A DNA stretch of 64,000 nucleotides from Bacilli bacterium (GCA_045628045.1 JAZQOV010000003.1:85773-149772), one strand, 5' to 3'. Numbered from the stretch's first letter, positions 17,789-27,753 are shown. Made by a program: numbers and translations. The notes: generated by a model not told the origin, from the letters alone.

Positions 17789-19234
17789 ATGAAAAATAAA
17801 AGGGTATTACTTTTAGTGCCAGCACTTATCTCGCTTGGACTTGGAGGATGCAAAAACGAAGAGAAAAAAGAATGCTACTCCAAAGCAAATCTAAGTGAAA
17901 TTTTACCAAACAGTAGAATTTTTGAAGTTAACTACGACAAAGTTGATTACGAAGCTGGAGATGAATTCTGGGCAGTAAATAATGACAACTGGGCAGGCGG
18001 ATGCTCTGCAGTCACTAAAAATATTGATGGCCATCGTATTGTCGGACGTAACATGGACCTCAATTATTCAAACAAAGCCGCCTACATTTTACGTACGGGG
18101 GCAAACGAAAAAGGATACAAGACCATAGGTCTTGCATATACATTCCGTGACTATGCAATGGATTATTCTGTTGTTAAAGAAAAAGGTCTCACAAATGAAT
18201 TTAGAGACATTCTTCCATTCCTTTGTGATGATGTTATGAATGACCAAGGACTTCATATTGAAGTCAACATGAGACACGCTGAAGTTGATTTCTCAGGGTT
18301 TGATCAATTCTCACTTGAAGGCACAAATCCAGGTAAACATAGAATTCATATGTTTGAACTTCCTCGTTACATTGCAGAAAATTGTAAAACCGTTGAAGAA
18401 GCAAAAAATCTAGTAAATAACGAATTAGATATTTACTCAAAGAATGGATATTGGGACTATTGTTTCGTTATTTCTGATTCAAATGAAGATGGCTCTGTTC
18501 AACATTCTTCCCTTCTTGAATTCTCCGCAATTGGAGATCTCGGTTATATTTATAACTCACTTCCAGAAGAAGCAAAAAGACCTGGTATTAGCGAAGTTAA
18601 AGCAGTCAACTGGATTGATGAAGAAGATATCGACAAAGTCGATTGGTTAAGAACTGGTCCAACCGGAAATGAAACCTTCTACAAGATGAACGCTTTAGCA
18701 CAAACAAACTTCTACATTAACTGGTGGGCATTTGAAAGACAAGATGTCAAATCAGGTGAAGGTAGATTTATCACCATGCAAAAACTTATTCCAAGTGTAA
18801 ATTCTAAAGAAGATATGTACAATCTTATGAGAAGAATTTCTTATTCATCATTTTATGATGAATATGATATTGTTAACGATTATCACTTTGATCCAAGAAG
18901 TGAAAACTTAGGTGAAGGACAAGGTTTAACTTATGATTTCCTCTTCTCTGATGAGTATTTTCCAATTGTTAAAGAACTTCTTAATGCTTCAATTGCACCA
19001 CAAAAAGAATATGGTTTTGAAGAAAGAATTGAAAATCATATGTGGGAATCAACATTTACAGAAGTTGTAGATGTAACTGAAAGAAATATTGAAGTTAGAT
19101 TCTTTGAAAACGAAGACTTTAGATTCAAAGTAGATTTCGAAGGAACTACTAAATTAGAGAAGTTAGATGCTGTTGATTGGACTCAATTTACAAAAGTAAG
19201 TGAGATTCCGCTACCAGCGCTTGATAAGGAATAA
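17789..19234 (+). CDS. Linear amide C-N hydrolase (Ntn hydrolase, C59-like) lipoprotein
   Basis: Lipobox LGGC; internal GGCSAV...VGRNMD nucleophile motif; DVMNDQGL and QTNF; AAGGAG RBS. Confidence 0.8.
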   Translation: MKNKRVLLLVPALISLGLGGCKNEEKKECYSKANLSEILPNSRIFEVNYDKVDYEAGDEFWAVNNDNWAGGCSAVTKNIDGHRIVGRNMDLNYSNKAAYILRTGANEKGYKTIGLAYTFRDYAMDYSVVKEKGLTNEFRDILPFLCDDVMNDQGLHIEVNMRHAEVDFSGFDQFSLEGTNPGKHRIHMFELPRYIAENCKTVEEAKNLVNNELDIYSKNGYWDYCFVISDSNEDGSVQHSSLLEFSAIGDLGYIYNSLPEEAKRPGISEVKAVNWIDEEDIDKVDWLRTGPTGNETFYKMNALAQTNFYINWWAFERQDVKSGEGRFITMQKLIPSVNSKEDMYNLMRRISYSSFYDEYDIVNDYHFDPRSENLGEGQGLTYDFLFSDEYFPIVKELLNASIAPQKEYGFEERIENHMWESTFTEVVDVTERNIEVRFFENEDFRFKVDFEGTTKLEKLDAVDWTQFTKVSEIPLPALDKE

Positions 19235-19247
19235 TTCAAACTTTAAG

Positions 19248-19309
19248 AAAAAATCGGCTATAAGCCGATTTTCTTTTTGACTAATGTCTTTAGTGGACTG
19301 AAATAATAC
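19248..19309. repeat. Module B copy 1: terminator + TGTCTT + TGGACTGAAATAATAC
   Basis: Hairpin AAAATCGGC-TATAA-GCCGATTTT; TGTCTT at 19285; 16-mer at 19294 identical to those at 21588 and 21617. Confidence 0.85.
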
Positions 19310-19311
19310 AT

Positions 19312-19349
19312 TTTAATTGCATATTTTTCACGAATTTTATGCAATTAAA
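19312..19349. repeat. 38-bp palindromic direct repeat, downstream copy (contains Fic stop codon)
   Basis: TTTAATTGCATA-14 nt-TATGCAATTAAA; 37/38 identical to 20422-20459. Confidence 0.95.
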
Positions 19350-20385
19350 TTTTGTAATATTTAGCGTATTTGCCACTCTGAATCATTTGAATTTTTAATG
19401 AATCAGTTAACTCTTTTAATGATTTTTCAATTGTGGTTCTAGATAAATTAATTAAAACTTCCTCAATTTCAGCTTTTGTTATAGGTAGTTTTGAATCATT
19501 AATAACTTTAAGCACCTTATCGTTTGCAACACCACTCATGTTGTTGGTTTCAATAATATATGCGAGTTTTTCATAACCTTCCTTGAGACATTTGAGCATA
19601 AAATGGGTAAAGAATGCATAATCATTTTTGTCTTCATGCCAACCTATTGATGATTTTTCTAAGGTTTCATAGTATTCATTCACGTTGCTTAAAATAACAT
19701 ACGACAAAGAATAATATTGATCTAATTCATAACCATACTTTAGCAAAAGGAATGTTGTTAATAATCTAGAAATGCGGCCATTGCCATCATAAAAAGGGTG
19801 AATACATAAAAAATCAGTAATAAAGACAAAGATTGTTAATAATTTGTTACAATCTGGATCTTTCATGCATTCGTTAAATTGATAGACAAGGTTTCCCATT
19901 AAATCATCAACCTCTTCTGGTTTTGAAGGGATAAAGACTGTTCTAACCAAATTTCCTTTTGAATCAAACTCTCTAATATAGTTTTGTTCAACCTTGTATT
20001 TACCGCCAAATTCTGGAGTAATTGATTGATATAAAAAGTAATGTAAATCCTTAATGTAAGACTCAGAAAGAGATTGATATTTGTAAACTTGAAATACATT
20101 CTCTAATGCATTGTTGTAGCCTAGCAAGAAATATTCTTCTTTGGTTTCAGGGTCCATATGTTTTAGCAAAATATCATTTTCTCTATATTTTTCAACTTTA
20201 ATGCCCTCAATTTCATTTGAACTAGTTACACTTCTTCTTTTATTTAAATCATGTAAACGGTTCAATTTAATCTTTGACGGTAAATTAAAAGTTTTGCCTC
20301 TATTAACCTCAACTGATTGGATCATTGAAATTATCAGCGGATCATTTAGTTTTAACACTTGTTCTTTAAGATTTATGAATTTCAT
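19345..20385 (-). CDS. Fic family protein (class II-like) with C-terminal wHTH
   Basis: HPFYDGNGRISR; N-terminal SNEIEG inhibitory motif; promoter TTGACT-17-TATTAT 6 nt before ATG 20385. Confidence 0.9.
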   Translation of the reverse strand: MKFINLKEQVLKLNDPLIISMIQSVEVNRGKTFNLPSKIKLNRLHDLNKRRSVTSSNEIEGIKVEKYRENDILLKHMDPETKEEYFLLGYNNALENVFQVYKYQSLSESYIKDLHYFLYQSITPEFGGKYKVEQNYIREFDSKGNLVRTVFIPSKPEEVDDLMGNLVYQFNECMKDPDCNKLLTIFVFITDFLCIHPFYDGNGRISRLLTTFLLLKYGYELDQYYSLSYVILSNVNEYYETLEKSSIGWHEDKNDYAFFTHFMLKCLKEGYEKLAYIIETNNMSGVANDKVLKVINDSKLPITKAEIEEVLINLSRTTIEKSLKELTDSLKIQMIQSGKYAKYYKI

Positions 20386-20421
20386 GTCTATATAATAATA
20401 TAGCCAAAAATCTGAGTCAAG

Positions 20422-20459
20422 TTTAATTGCATATTTTTCGCGAATTTTATGCAATTAAA
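20422..20459. repeat. 38-bp palindromic direct repeat, upstream copy
   Basis: Matches 19312-19349; abuts the Fic -35 box. Confidence 0.95.
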
Positions 20460-20474
20460 AATTTTAAATAAAAT

Positions 20475-20525
20475 AAAATCCCTCCTTCTTTTGCCTCAAT
20501 CTTAGGCAAAATTTTGGGGGAGGAG
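20475..20525 (-). terminator. Hairpin H copy (homologous to the tRNA-His trailer hairpin)
   Basis: CCCTCC...TTTTGCCT-CAATCTT-AGGCAAAA-TTTTGGGGG; same design at 51518 and 52569. Confidence 0.75.
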
Positions 20526-20665
20526 TTTCAATTGCGATGGCAAAGGTGAATAGAAATGATACAATGATACCTCTTCCCAGGAGAAAAACGCGACATAATC
20601 CTGAATTCAGCCAGTTTAGTACCCTGTTCTACCTTACGAATCGGTAAAACATACGCTTCCTCCAA

Positions 20666-21265
20666 TCAGTCCAACGTAGGCAGAACACGGAACCTGAACA
20701 CGCATGGTTTCCGCCCCTCGGTATCGTGGGGAGAAGATACGATTTCCATCAGTTCAAGCTTCACATTCAACATGATCTCATAGTGAAACTTGAAATGCCC
20801 TCCACAGCAATAGCAGTATTCGCGAGGAATGGCATATTCCAGCTTCACCTTGCTGACCGTTGGGCAAACGCATTGATACTTTCCATCCGCGTAAACGCTC
20901 GCGCCCGTGACGATGATATCGCCGTTTTCGTCAAGATGTGCCTGCCCCATGTAAAGCTCAGGTTTTTTGCTGATAAGTGCAAGCTTTTCTTCCAATGTAA
21001 GATCTGCATTTTCTTTTGCGAAGGATTTCGACGCTTTTTCTCTGGTACCGCACTTGCAGCAGGCATTGGCTTCGAAAATTTTCTGTACACGCTCCCGAGG
21101 AAGCCTTTCATTCATCACATCAAGTGCCCGCTTAAAAAAGGCGGATTTGATTTTCTTGTTCGTCTTGGAAACAATCCCGTCAAAGCCCTGATATATTTCA
21201 TCAATAATATCCTGACTGACCCTAAAATCGTCTAAAGTTTTTCTGAATTTTTCCGGTGATGCCAT
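20666..21265 (-). CDS. Cys-rich DUF6144-like protein, GC-rich
   Basis: ACCKC, CVCP, YCYCCGGHF and PCVF motifs; AGGAGG RBS; visibly higher GC than its flanks. Confidence 0.65.
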   Translation of the reverse strand: MASPEKFRKTLDDFRVSQDIIDEIYQGFDGIVSKTNKKIKSAFFKRALDVMNERLPRERVQKIFEANACCKCGTREKASKSFAKENADLTLEEKLALISKKPELYMGQAHLDENGDIIVTGASVYADGKYQCVCPTVSKVKLEYAIPREYCYCCGGHFKFHYEIMLNVKLELMEIVSSPHDTEGRKPCVFRFRVLPTLD

Positions 21266-21526
21266 ACTGTTATTCCTCCTGACTATGATAGAGTTAAAAA
21301 TACAAGGTAACCTCTAATAATTAGGTTATCAATTAAATTTTATCGGTTTTCGTGTTTTTTGAACAGCAAATTCCAAAACCGAGATCATTGAGTGTTAATA
21401 TTATTAATAAGCGCTAATAGTCCAAGTGAGCGCTATTAAGATTTAACTGATTTTCAGTTGTTTAAAATAAACGACTAAATGCTAGTCTCAATTGCGAAAA
21501 ACCTATAAAAAATTCAATTAAATAAA

Positions 21527-21632
21527 GAAAAAGGCTGATTTTATCGTTTCCGATTGTATCAACCTTATTCTACTTTGATGTCTTTCGTGGACTGAAATAA
21601 TACGGATTCCCAACATTGGACTGAAATAATAC
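21527..21632. repeat. Module B copy 2: terminator + TGTCTT + two 16-bp repeats
   Basis: TGTCTT at 21579; TGGACTGAAATAATAC at 21588 and 21617. Confidence 0.85.
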
Positions 21633-21722
21633 AAATTTTCGCCATTTTTGTGTGTTTACAAATATTTTTTTAATTTTATTTTTAGATAATCTATTAGGGT
21701 TCGAACTCTAATAGTTAAGCAA

Positions 21723-22658
21723 TTACAACGAGAAAAATGCTTTTTTAAGTAAAAAGTCTTTTACCTTATTATTTTTTGATTCATAGAATTCTACTAATAA
21801 CAATTTGTATTCTTTATCTAAATTATCTGGAACTGAGATATATCCAAGACCATGACTAATTAAATAGGTATTTGCAAATATAAGAGCAGTTCTTTTATTA
21901 CCGTTACTAAAAACTTTAGTTTTTACAAGATAACAAAGCAAATCAATTGCTTTTGCAACGTCATCATTTTTACTATTTAAAATTTGATTAATATTTTGAA
22001 TAACTCTTTCTTTTGTAGGAATTTCAGGTCTATACGAGCAGCCTCCAATAATTACATTGGTTGTTCTAATTTGATCTGGATAAGAAATTTGTCGATCATT
22101 AACATATCCTGCAATCGTGCAAAGTACATCAAAGGTTGTTCCTCTCCTAACTGTGTCTTCATCAAGAACGTATTGCCAAGCATTTTTTAAATTTAAAATT
22201 GTTAATGTATCATCAAAACTAACATTTTTAGAAGAACCCTTTTCCAAGATTTCTTCTGTATCTAAAAACGTAGCACTTACCCCTTCAACTATTGCTTGAC
22301 CGTAAATTATCGTATTTAAGTTATTTCTTACAAAATCTAAATTTATTAAAACTTTAGAATCAAGATCATTTATGTTTACACCAAGTTTAGCTAGTTTTGT
22401 TTTAACACTGCGTAATTTGAAATTTAATTCTTTTACACTTTTTGTTAATTCTTTTAAATCATTATAGAAAGATTCAGTGTAAACTCCAGCATATTTAGAA
22501 GATAAACGATCATATTTCTTATATCTAAGATATATATATTTCTTTCCGCTAATTTCTTTTACTTCTGGATAACCTTTAAAATTAATTTCTTTTAATTGAA
22601 ATTCTAGATCTTTCTTTTGAGTAAGAAGTTCATTAACTAAATCATTACTATTTCTCAT
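21723..22658 (-). CDS. Fic/Doc family protein with non-canonical active-site motif
   Basis: TKVFSNGNKRTA lacks the catalytic His; QAIVEG motif; basic N-terminal domain (KEISGKKYIYLR). Confidence 0.8.
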   Translation of the reverse strand: MRNSNDLVNELLTQKKDLEFQLKEINFKGYPEVKEISGKKYIYLRYKKYDRLSSKYAGVYTESFYNDLKELTKSVKELNFKLRSVKTKLAKLGVNINDLDSKVLINLDFVRNNLNTIIYGQAIVEGVSATFLDTEEILEKGSSKNVSFDDTLTILNLKNAWQYVLDEDTVRRGTTFDVLCTIAGYVNDRQISYPDQIRTTNVIIGGCSYRPEIPTKERVIQNINQILNSKNDDVAKAIDLLCYLVKTKVFSNGNKRTALIFANTYLISHGLGYISVPDNLDKEYKLLLVEFYESKNNKVKDFLLKKAFFSL

Positions 22659-22863
22659 TTAGGGTGATTTCTCCTTACTTATATTATACTATTTTCTCCC
22701 TAAAAGTAAAGAACTATTTAGGGTGATTTTCATCATTTCTAATTCTATCATTTTCTCCCTAAAAATCAATCTTTTGACGTTTTATAAGAAATAAAAAAAT
22801 CAGCATAATACCGATTTCTTTAAGTTTATGTTTAACTCGTCTAATTTGGACGGGGCAACATTC

Positions 22864-22952
22864 TGGCGGAGAGATAGGGATTCGAACCCTAGGTAGGCAA
22901 GGCCTACAACGGTTTTCAAGACCGCCGCTTTCGACCGCTCAGCCATCTCTCC
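22864..22952 (-). tRNA. tRNA-Ser (TGA)
   Basis: GGAGAGA.../long variable arm/GCCA; anticodon loop CTTGAAA. Confidence 0.97.
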
Positions 22953-22958
22953 ATTATT

Positions 22959-23033
22959 TGGTGGACCCAGTAGATCCTGACACTACAACATATCGGTTAT
23001 GGGCCGAGTGCTCTTCCTTTGAGCTATGGGTCC
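22959..23033 (-). tRNA. tRNA (CAT), probably Ile2, with aberrant T-loop
   Basis: GGACCCA/TGGGTCC-ACCA acceptor stem; anticodon loop CCCATAA; T-arm GTAG-TGTCAGGAT-CTAC lacks TTC. Confidence 0.7.
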
Positions 23034-23114
23034 AGATGGTCCGGCAATAAGAATAACACAATTTTACTTAATTAGTTAGTAAATTTTTATTTTATTGCCG
23101 GAATTTTAATTTAA

Positions 23115-26100
23115 TTAATCACCAAATAAACTTCTGAAGAAATCTGCAATTGCATCAAAAATCTTTTTAAAGAATGCGACAATTGCGTTTTCTTCCTTCT
23201 TTTCTGGTTCTGGATCTGGTGTTGGATCAGGAGTTGGACCAGCATTATCTTTTACAGTAATTGTTGCAGTAGCAGTTTTTGCTCCATCAACAGTTGTCAC
23301 TGTGACTGTTGCTTCACCTGCACCAACAGCAGTAACAACACCATTATTTACAGTTACAACACTTTCATTACTTGATGCCCAAGTAACTGCATTATTAGTT
23401 GCATTATTTGGAGTAACTGTTGCAATAAGAGTGTAAGTTTCACCTTTATTCAAAGTAACACTTGTGTTACTTAAACTAACTGAAGTTACAGGAACGTCTG
23501 TTGAAGTTGCATTAACTGTAATTGAACATGTTGCAGTTAATCCACCATCAGCTGCTGTTACGGTAATAACACAATCACCACTAGCGATTGCTGTTACATT
23601 ACCATTTTGATCAACTGTTGCAACACCTACATTACTTGATGAATAGGAAACATTTTTAATTGTTGCATCATTTGGAGCAATTGTTGGAGTTAATTTAAAT
23701 GTGTCATTAACTTCAAGTTCCTTTGAGGTAATATCAAGAGTGATTCCAGTAACATGAACAACTGGAGCCTCTTTAACTGTTACAACACATGTATCGAAAT
23801 TATCTTCTGGTTTATTTTGTGCTGCGCAAGTGATTGTAGCAGTTCCTGGTTTAATACCAGTAACAACACCTTTATCATCAACAATTGCAACCGATTCATC
23901 ACTTGAAGTATAGGTTACTTTAGTGTTTGATGCATTAGCTGGAAGTACAGTTGCTGTTAATGCATGTGTGCAACCAGCGTTTACTTCAAATGAATGTTCA
24001 CTTAATGTTACTGATTCAACTTGAAGATAAATCCTAATATGTTCAAAATCACTATAAGTGCCATCAAAAGATGTAGCAATGACATCAACATAACCTGGAG
24101 CAAGTCCAGTTACATTTCCGTTTTGATCAATTGATGCAAGAGTTGGATCTGAAACTGACCAAACAAGAGGTTCTCCTTCTGGAACTTCGTAATGATCATT
24201 TAGATGTGCTTGGTAAGTTTCTCCAACAAGAATTGGATCTTTACAAACAACATCAAATGCTTGAGTTTTTCCTTTTACAAAAATGGAGAATTCTTTAATG
24301 ATTTGATGTCCGTTTTGACCATAACCAATCTTTCCAACTGCAGTTCCGATCTTTGAAGTATCTGGCATTTCAATTATTGAATAGCCACCAACAGGAACAA
24401 TTTTTGAAGCTCCGCCAGAGTAGTTAGCTTTAACAATTAATGCTGAAGTCCATGGGAATTGTTCACCGACAGTAACTTCATCCATTCCTTCATAGAAGGA
24501 AACTGATAATGATTGAACTTCACTTTGTAATGGTTTTTCGTTGTTTCTAAAAAGCATAATTGGAGTATAGCTGCTTCCTTTTGCATAGAAACCAAATTTA
24601 CCATCCTTATTAAAGTAAAGTTGTTTATCTTGATGAGGTTTGCTTGAAACAACCCATTCTTCATAATCTTCATCATAAGATAATGTAAATAAGCATTCAT
24701 CTGGTAATGTTGAAGAAGTTTCAAGTGCGTATTGGAAAACGTCATTTGTAAATGACCAATAAGCAACTTTAACTTCTGCAGTTGTTGTTCCTGCATAACC
24801 ATCTGCTGCTGTATAAAGTGTGAATGTAAATTTATTATTTTCTAAATCTGAAATACCAACAATGTAGTCAGTGTAACCACTAATATAATCCATTGAACTA
24901 AAGACATTAGCATAGCTAAAGTCTGGACTTGTTGATGTTTTCATAGTGACAACGTAGCTTGATCCACCAATTGTAACTGGCATGTTAAATTCATAGTGAC
25001 CATCGCCAGCATCATAAATTGATTTTGTGTCTGGTTTATTAAAGCCAAGTGTTGAATTGTCACCTTTTAAGAAATAACCTGTGTCCTTGTCTTTAAGTGT
25101 GTAATAACTACCTTCTTTTCCGACTTCTAAAACCACATCACCTTTTGGCATATAACCAAAGTTAGAATAGACAAATCTTGTATCATCATAAGAAAGCTCA
25201 GTTCCACCAGTGATTTCGTATGGATTATAACCAAGAGTTCCAATAACAATCTCATCACCTACGCCAACATAGTTAGCAGCAACATAAGGACTTTCTTTAA
25301 CTTCTATTGATTTTTCGTAGTAAACAGTAGGATCTTTTGCTAAAGCAATTCTTACTTTAGTTGTGGTTTCTTCGATTCTTTCTGGAGTTACTACATAATC
25401 ATCTTTTGTAAGAGTTTTTGGAATGTCTTCTTCACCAGGAAGTTTGTATGTAATTTGAACTGATAAATAATTTTTATTTATCTTTTCACCAACAGCGTAT
25501 GTATCTGTTAATCCACTAATAACAAATGTTGAGGCATCACCTTTATAAACTTGGATACCATTCATTTCAATATTTCTTAGAGAACCACCAATTTCGACTG
25601 TTCCATAAGCTTTTGTACCAGCCACTAATGTGCTCCAAGTGATTCTATTAGTTATGTCAACCTTTGCACCGTTATCAAATAAAGCATTAACTTTTGAATT
25701 AAGTGGATTTAATGTATCTCCAACAAAGTATTGTTTCTTTGTAGGTAATTTTTCAATTTCAAAACCAGTGTAAGCACCAACTTTCATTAATTTAATGTGA
25801 TCTTGAGTTCCTGTTGCTCCACTATAAGCAAACCAAGTTCCTGTGGATGCACCTGGATTACATGAAAGGGTGTTTCCGGTTACGCTATAAGCGAACGTAA
25901 ATGAGTCATCATCATTCTTTGTAACAATCCAATATTTTGAACTATCACTTGATAAATCAAGTGAAGAGTTCTTAATTGATGGATTGTGGAATAAATAATT
26001 TGAACCATTGCTAATTGAATAGGTGTCTCCGTCAGCTCCAGTATTTGTGATTGTCCACATCTTTGTTGTATCAGTGTAATCTGGGGTTGAAACATCTTCC

Positions 26101-27632
26101 AAATCAACATTTAAAACATGCGATCCGCTAAAGTCAGTAATAAAATATTCACCATTTTCAATAAGAGCATCTTTTTTAGCAATTACTGTAACAACGCAAG
26201 TAGCAACTAAATCATCGTTTCCATTTGCTTTTACAGTGACGGTTGTTGAACCAGCTTTTAATCCTTTAACAACTACGCTTGAACCGATCGCACTTCCTTC
26301 AATAGAAAGAACTTGAGAATCTCCAACAGCCCATAAATAAGAAGTAGCTGTAAATCCTTTAGTTTCACTTATAAGTGAAATTGAAGAACCTTCTATAACT
26401 GAGGCGGTTGCTGGAACGCTAATCTTTTCAGCGCCACTTGAGTACTTATAAATTGATGTTTCTGAAACACCTGATGATGCTTTGTAAGCTCTAAATGTAT
26501 TTACGTTATAACGTAAATAAACATAAGAATCATAAGCTTGGTTTGCAATATTTGATTTGATATTTAATGAAGCAGCTCCAAGGTCCACTGTCCATGAAGA
26601 CGCAGCGTCCTTTGTATCAACAAATTTTAAGCCATCTTTATCAATTGCATATGTTGATAAATATTTGCCCGATGCATTTTTAAATGCATAGGTTCCATTA
26701 ATTGAACCGGCTTCAACTGTATAAACACCAACTTCATCAGTCGATAAAACATTAACTTGATTATTTGAAATTGAGACACTTGTTGTATCTAGATAGTGTT
26801 TATATGCAACATCTGCAGTTGTTAATGTTGCTTTTGCTGCCTTAGATGCGCTGTCATTTACAAACAAAATTTGATCACCAACTTCAATTGATGATGCTTT
26901 TGTATAAACTGTTGGCTTTTCACCTTGAGTTACAGACACTGTAAATGTTGTCGTAACATCTTCACCACTAGTGGTGGTTGGAGTGTTACTCGCTTTATAA
27001 GTAACTGTAACAACTTGTGGTCCAACTGTATTTAAAATGGTTCCTTCTGCAGGTGAAAATTCGCATTTTGATGCAACATTATACGTTTCTTCATTGCTTA
27101 ATGTTGCGATAACTTTGACACCACTATAAGAAATTGCAGTTCCGGTTTGCACAGCCTTTGGAGCTGATTCGACTGCTAAAGAAGATACGGTTCCATCAGA
27201 AACAGCAAATGTCACAGTAATCGAATTAAATCTCACTTGTTTTGACATCGTGTGTGACCAAGTAAAATCATTAACTCCACTTACACCATTTACTAAAGAG
27301 GATTCAGAATAGGAAGAATTCATGTCAAAGGCAATGCTGCCAATCTTGTAGTTCTTTGAACTAATAGTGAGTTTTTTGCCACTATAAACACGTAAAACAC
27401 CATTTGTGGCATAGCCACCAGTAGTTGAAACTGTTACATCATTGCTAGTGTAAGAAAATGACGATCCACTTCCACCATTCGATGAACCTTTATCTGCAAA
27501 AGAATTAAAGGTAACAGAATTAGAATCTTCAGCTTTAACTTCGCAAACTGTTTTATTAACGAAAACACTTGGAACTGCGAGCAATCCACCAAGTAATGCT
27601 AATGCAAATAATTTGATTTTATTTCTTTTCAT
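23115..27632 (-). CDS. Large surface protein with bacterial Ig-like (Big_2/Big_3) domains
   Basis: Signal peptide ending VKA; four C-terminal W/Y-x-SSxxxVAxVDxxGxVT repeats; PTK..Y..GD Big_3-like units; PTPDPEP linker. Confidence 0.85.
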   Translation of the reverse strand: MKRNKIKLFALALLGGLLAVPSVFVNKTVCEVKAEDSNSVTFNSFADKGSSNGGSGSSFSYTSNDVTVSTTGGYATNGVLRVYSGKKLTISSKNYKIGSIAFDMNSSYSESSLVNGVSGVNDFTWSHTMSKQVRFNSITVTFAVSDGTVSSLAVESAPKAVQTGTAISYSGVKVIATLSNEETYNVASKCEFSPAEGTILNTVGPQVVTVTYKASNTPTTTSGEDVTTTFTVSVTQGEKPTVYTKASSIEVGDQILFVNDSASKAAKATLTTADVAYKHYLDTTSVSISNNQVNVLSTDEVGVYTVEAGSINGTYAFKNASGKYLSTYAIDKDGLKFVDTKDAASSWTVDLGAASLNIKSNIANQAYDSYVYLRYNVNTFRAYKASSGVSETSIYKYSSGAEKISVPATASVIEGSSISLISETKGFTATSYLWAVGDSQVLSIEGSAIGSSVVVKGLKAGSTTVTVKANGNDDLVATCVVTVIAKKDALIENGEYFITDFSGSHVLNVDLEDVSTPDYTDTTKMWTITNTGADGDTYSISNGSNYLFHNPSIKNSSLDLSSDSSKYWIVTKNDDDSFTFAYSVTGNTLSCNPGASTGTWFAYSGATGTQDHIKLMKVGAYTGFEIEKLPTKKQYFVGDTLNPLNSKVNALFDNGAKVDITNRITWSTLVAGTKAYGTVEIGGSLRNIEMNGIQVYKGDASTFVISGLTDTYAVGEKINKNYLSVQITYKLPGEEDIPKTLTKDDYVVTPERIEETTTKVRIALAKDPTVYYEKSIEVKESPYVAANYVGVGDEIVIGTLGYNPYEITGGTELSYDDTRFVYSNFGYMPKGDVVLEVGKEGSYYTLKDKDTGYFLKGDNSTLGFNKPDTKSIYDAGDGHYEFNMPVTIGGSSYVVTMKTSTSPDFSYANVFSSMDYISGYTDYIVGISDLENNKFTFTLYTAADGYAGTTTAEVKVAYWSFTNDVFQYALETSSTLPDECLFTLSYDEDYEEWVVSSKPHQDKQLYFNKDGKFGFYAKGSSYTPIMLFRNNEKPLQSEVQSLSVSFYEGMDEVTVGEQFPWTSALIVKANYSGGASKIVPVGGYSIIEMPDTSKIGTAVGKIGYGQNGHQIIKEFSIFVKGKTQAFDVVCKDPILVGETYQAHLNDHYEVPEGEPLVWSVSDPTLASIDQNGNVTGLAPGYVDVIATSFDGTYSDFEHIRIYLQVESVTLSEHSFEVNAGCTHALTATVLPANASNTKVTYTSSDESVAIVDDKGVVTGIKPGTATITCAAQNKPEDNFDTCVVTVKEAPVVHVTGITLDITSKELEVNDTFKLTPTIAPNDATIKNVSYSSSNVGVATVDQNGNVTAIASGDCVITVTAADGGLTATCSITVNATSTDVPVTSVSLSNTSVTLNKGETYTLIATVTPNNATNNAVTWASSNESVVTVNNGVVTAVGAGEATVTVTTVDGAKTATATITVKDNAGPTPDPTPDPEPEKKEENAIVAFFKKIFDAIADFFRSLFGD

Positions 27633-27753
27633 AACGAATACCTCGATAAATAATAAAAAAATGCGATTAGTCCTTTGGATTAATCACATTCTTACGTATT
27701 TCATATTTTTATTATACACGTAAAGCACAAAGTAACCAACTTAAAATAAAATT

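Noticed and set aside
23040-23102. 63-bp inverted repeat upstream of the Ile2-like tRNA as a mobile element
   Set aside because: Single copy with no target duplication; adequately explained as the terminator/promoter region after the surface-protein gene.
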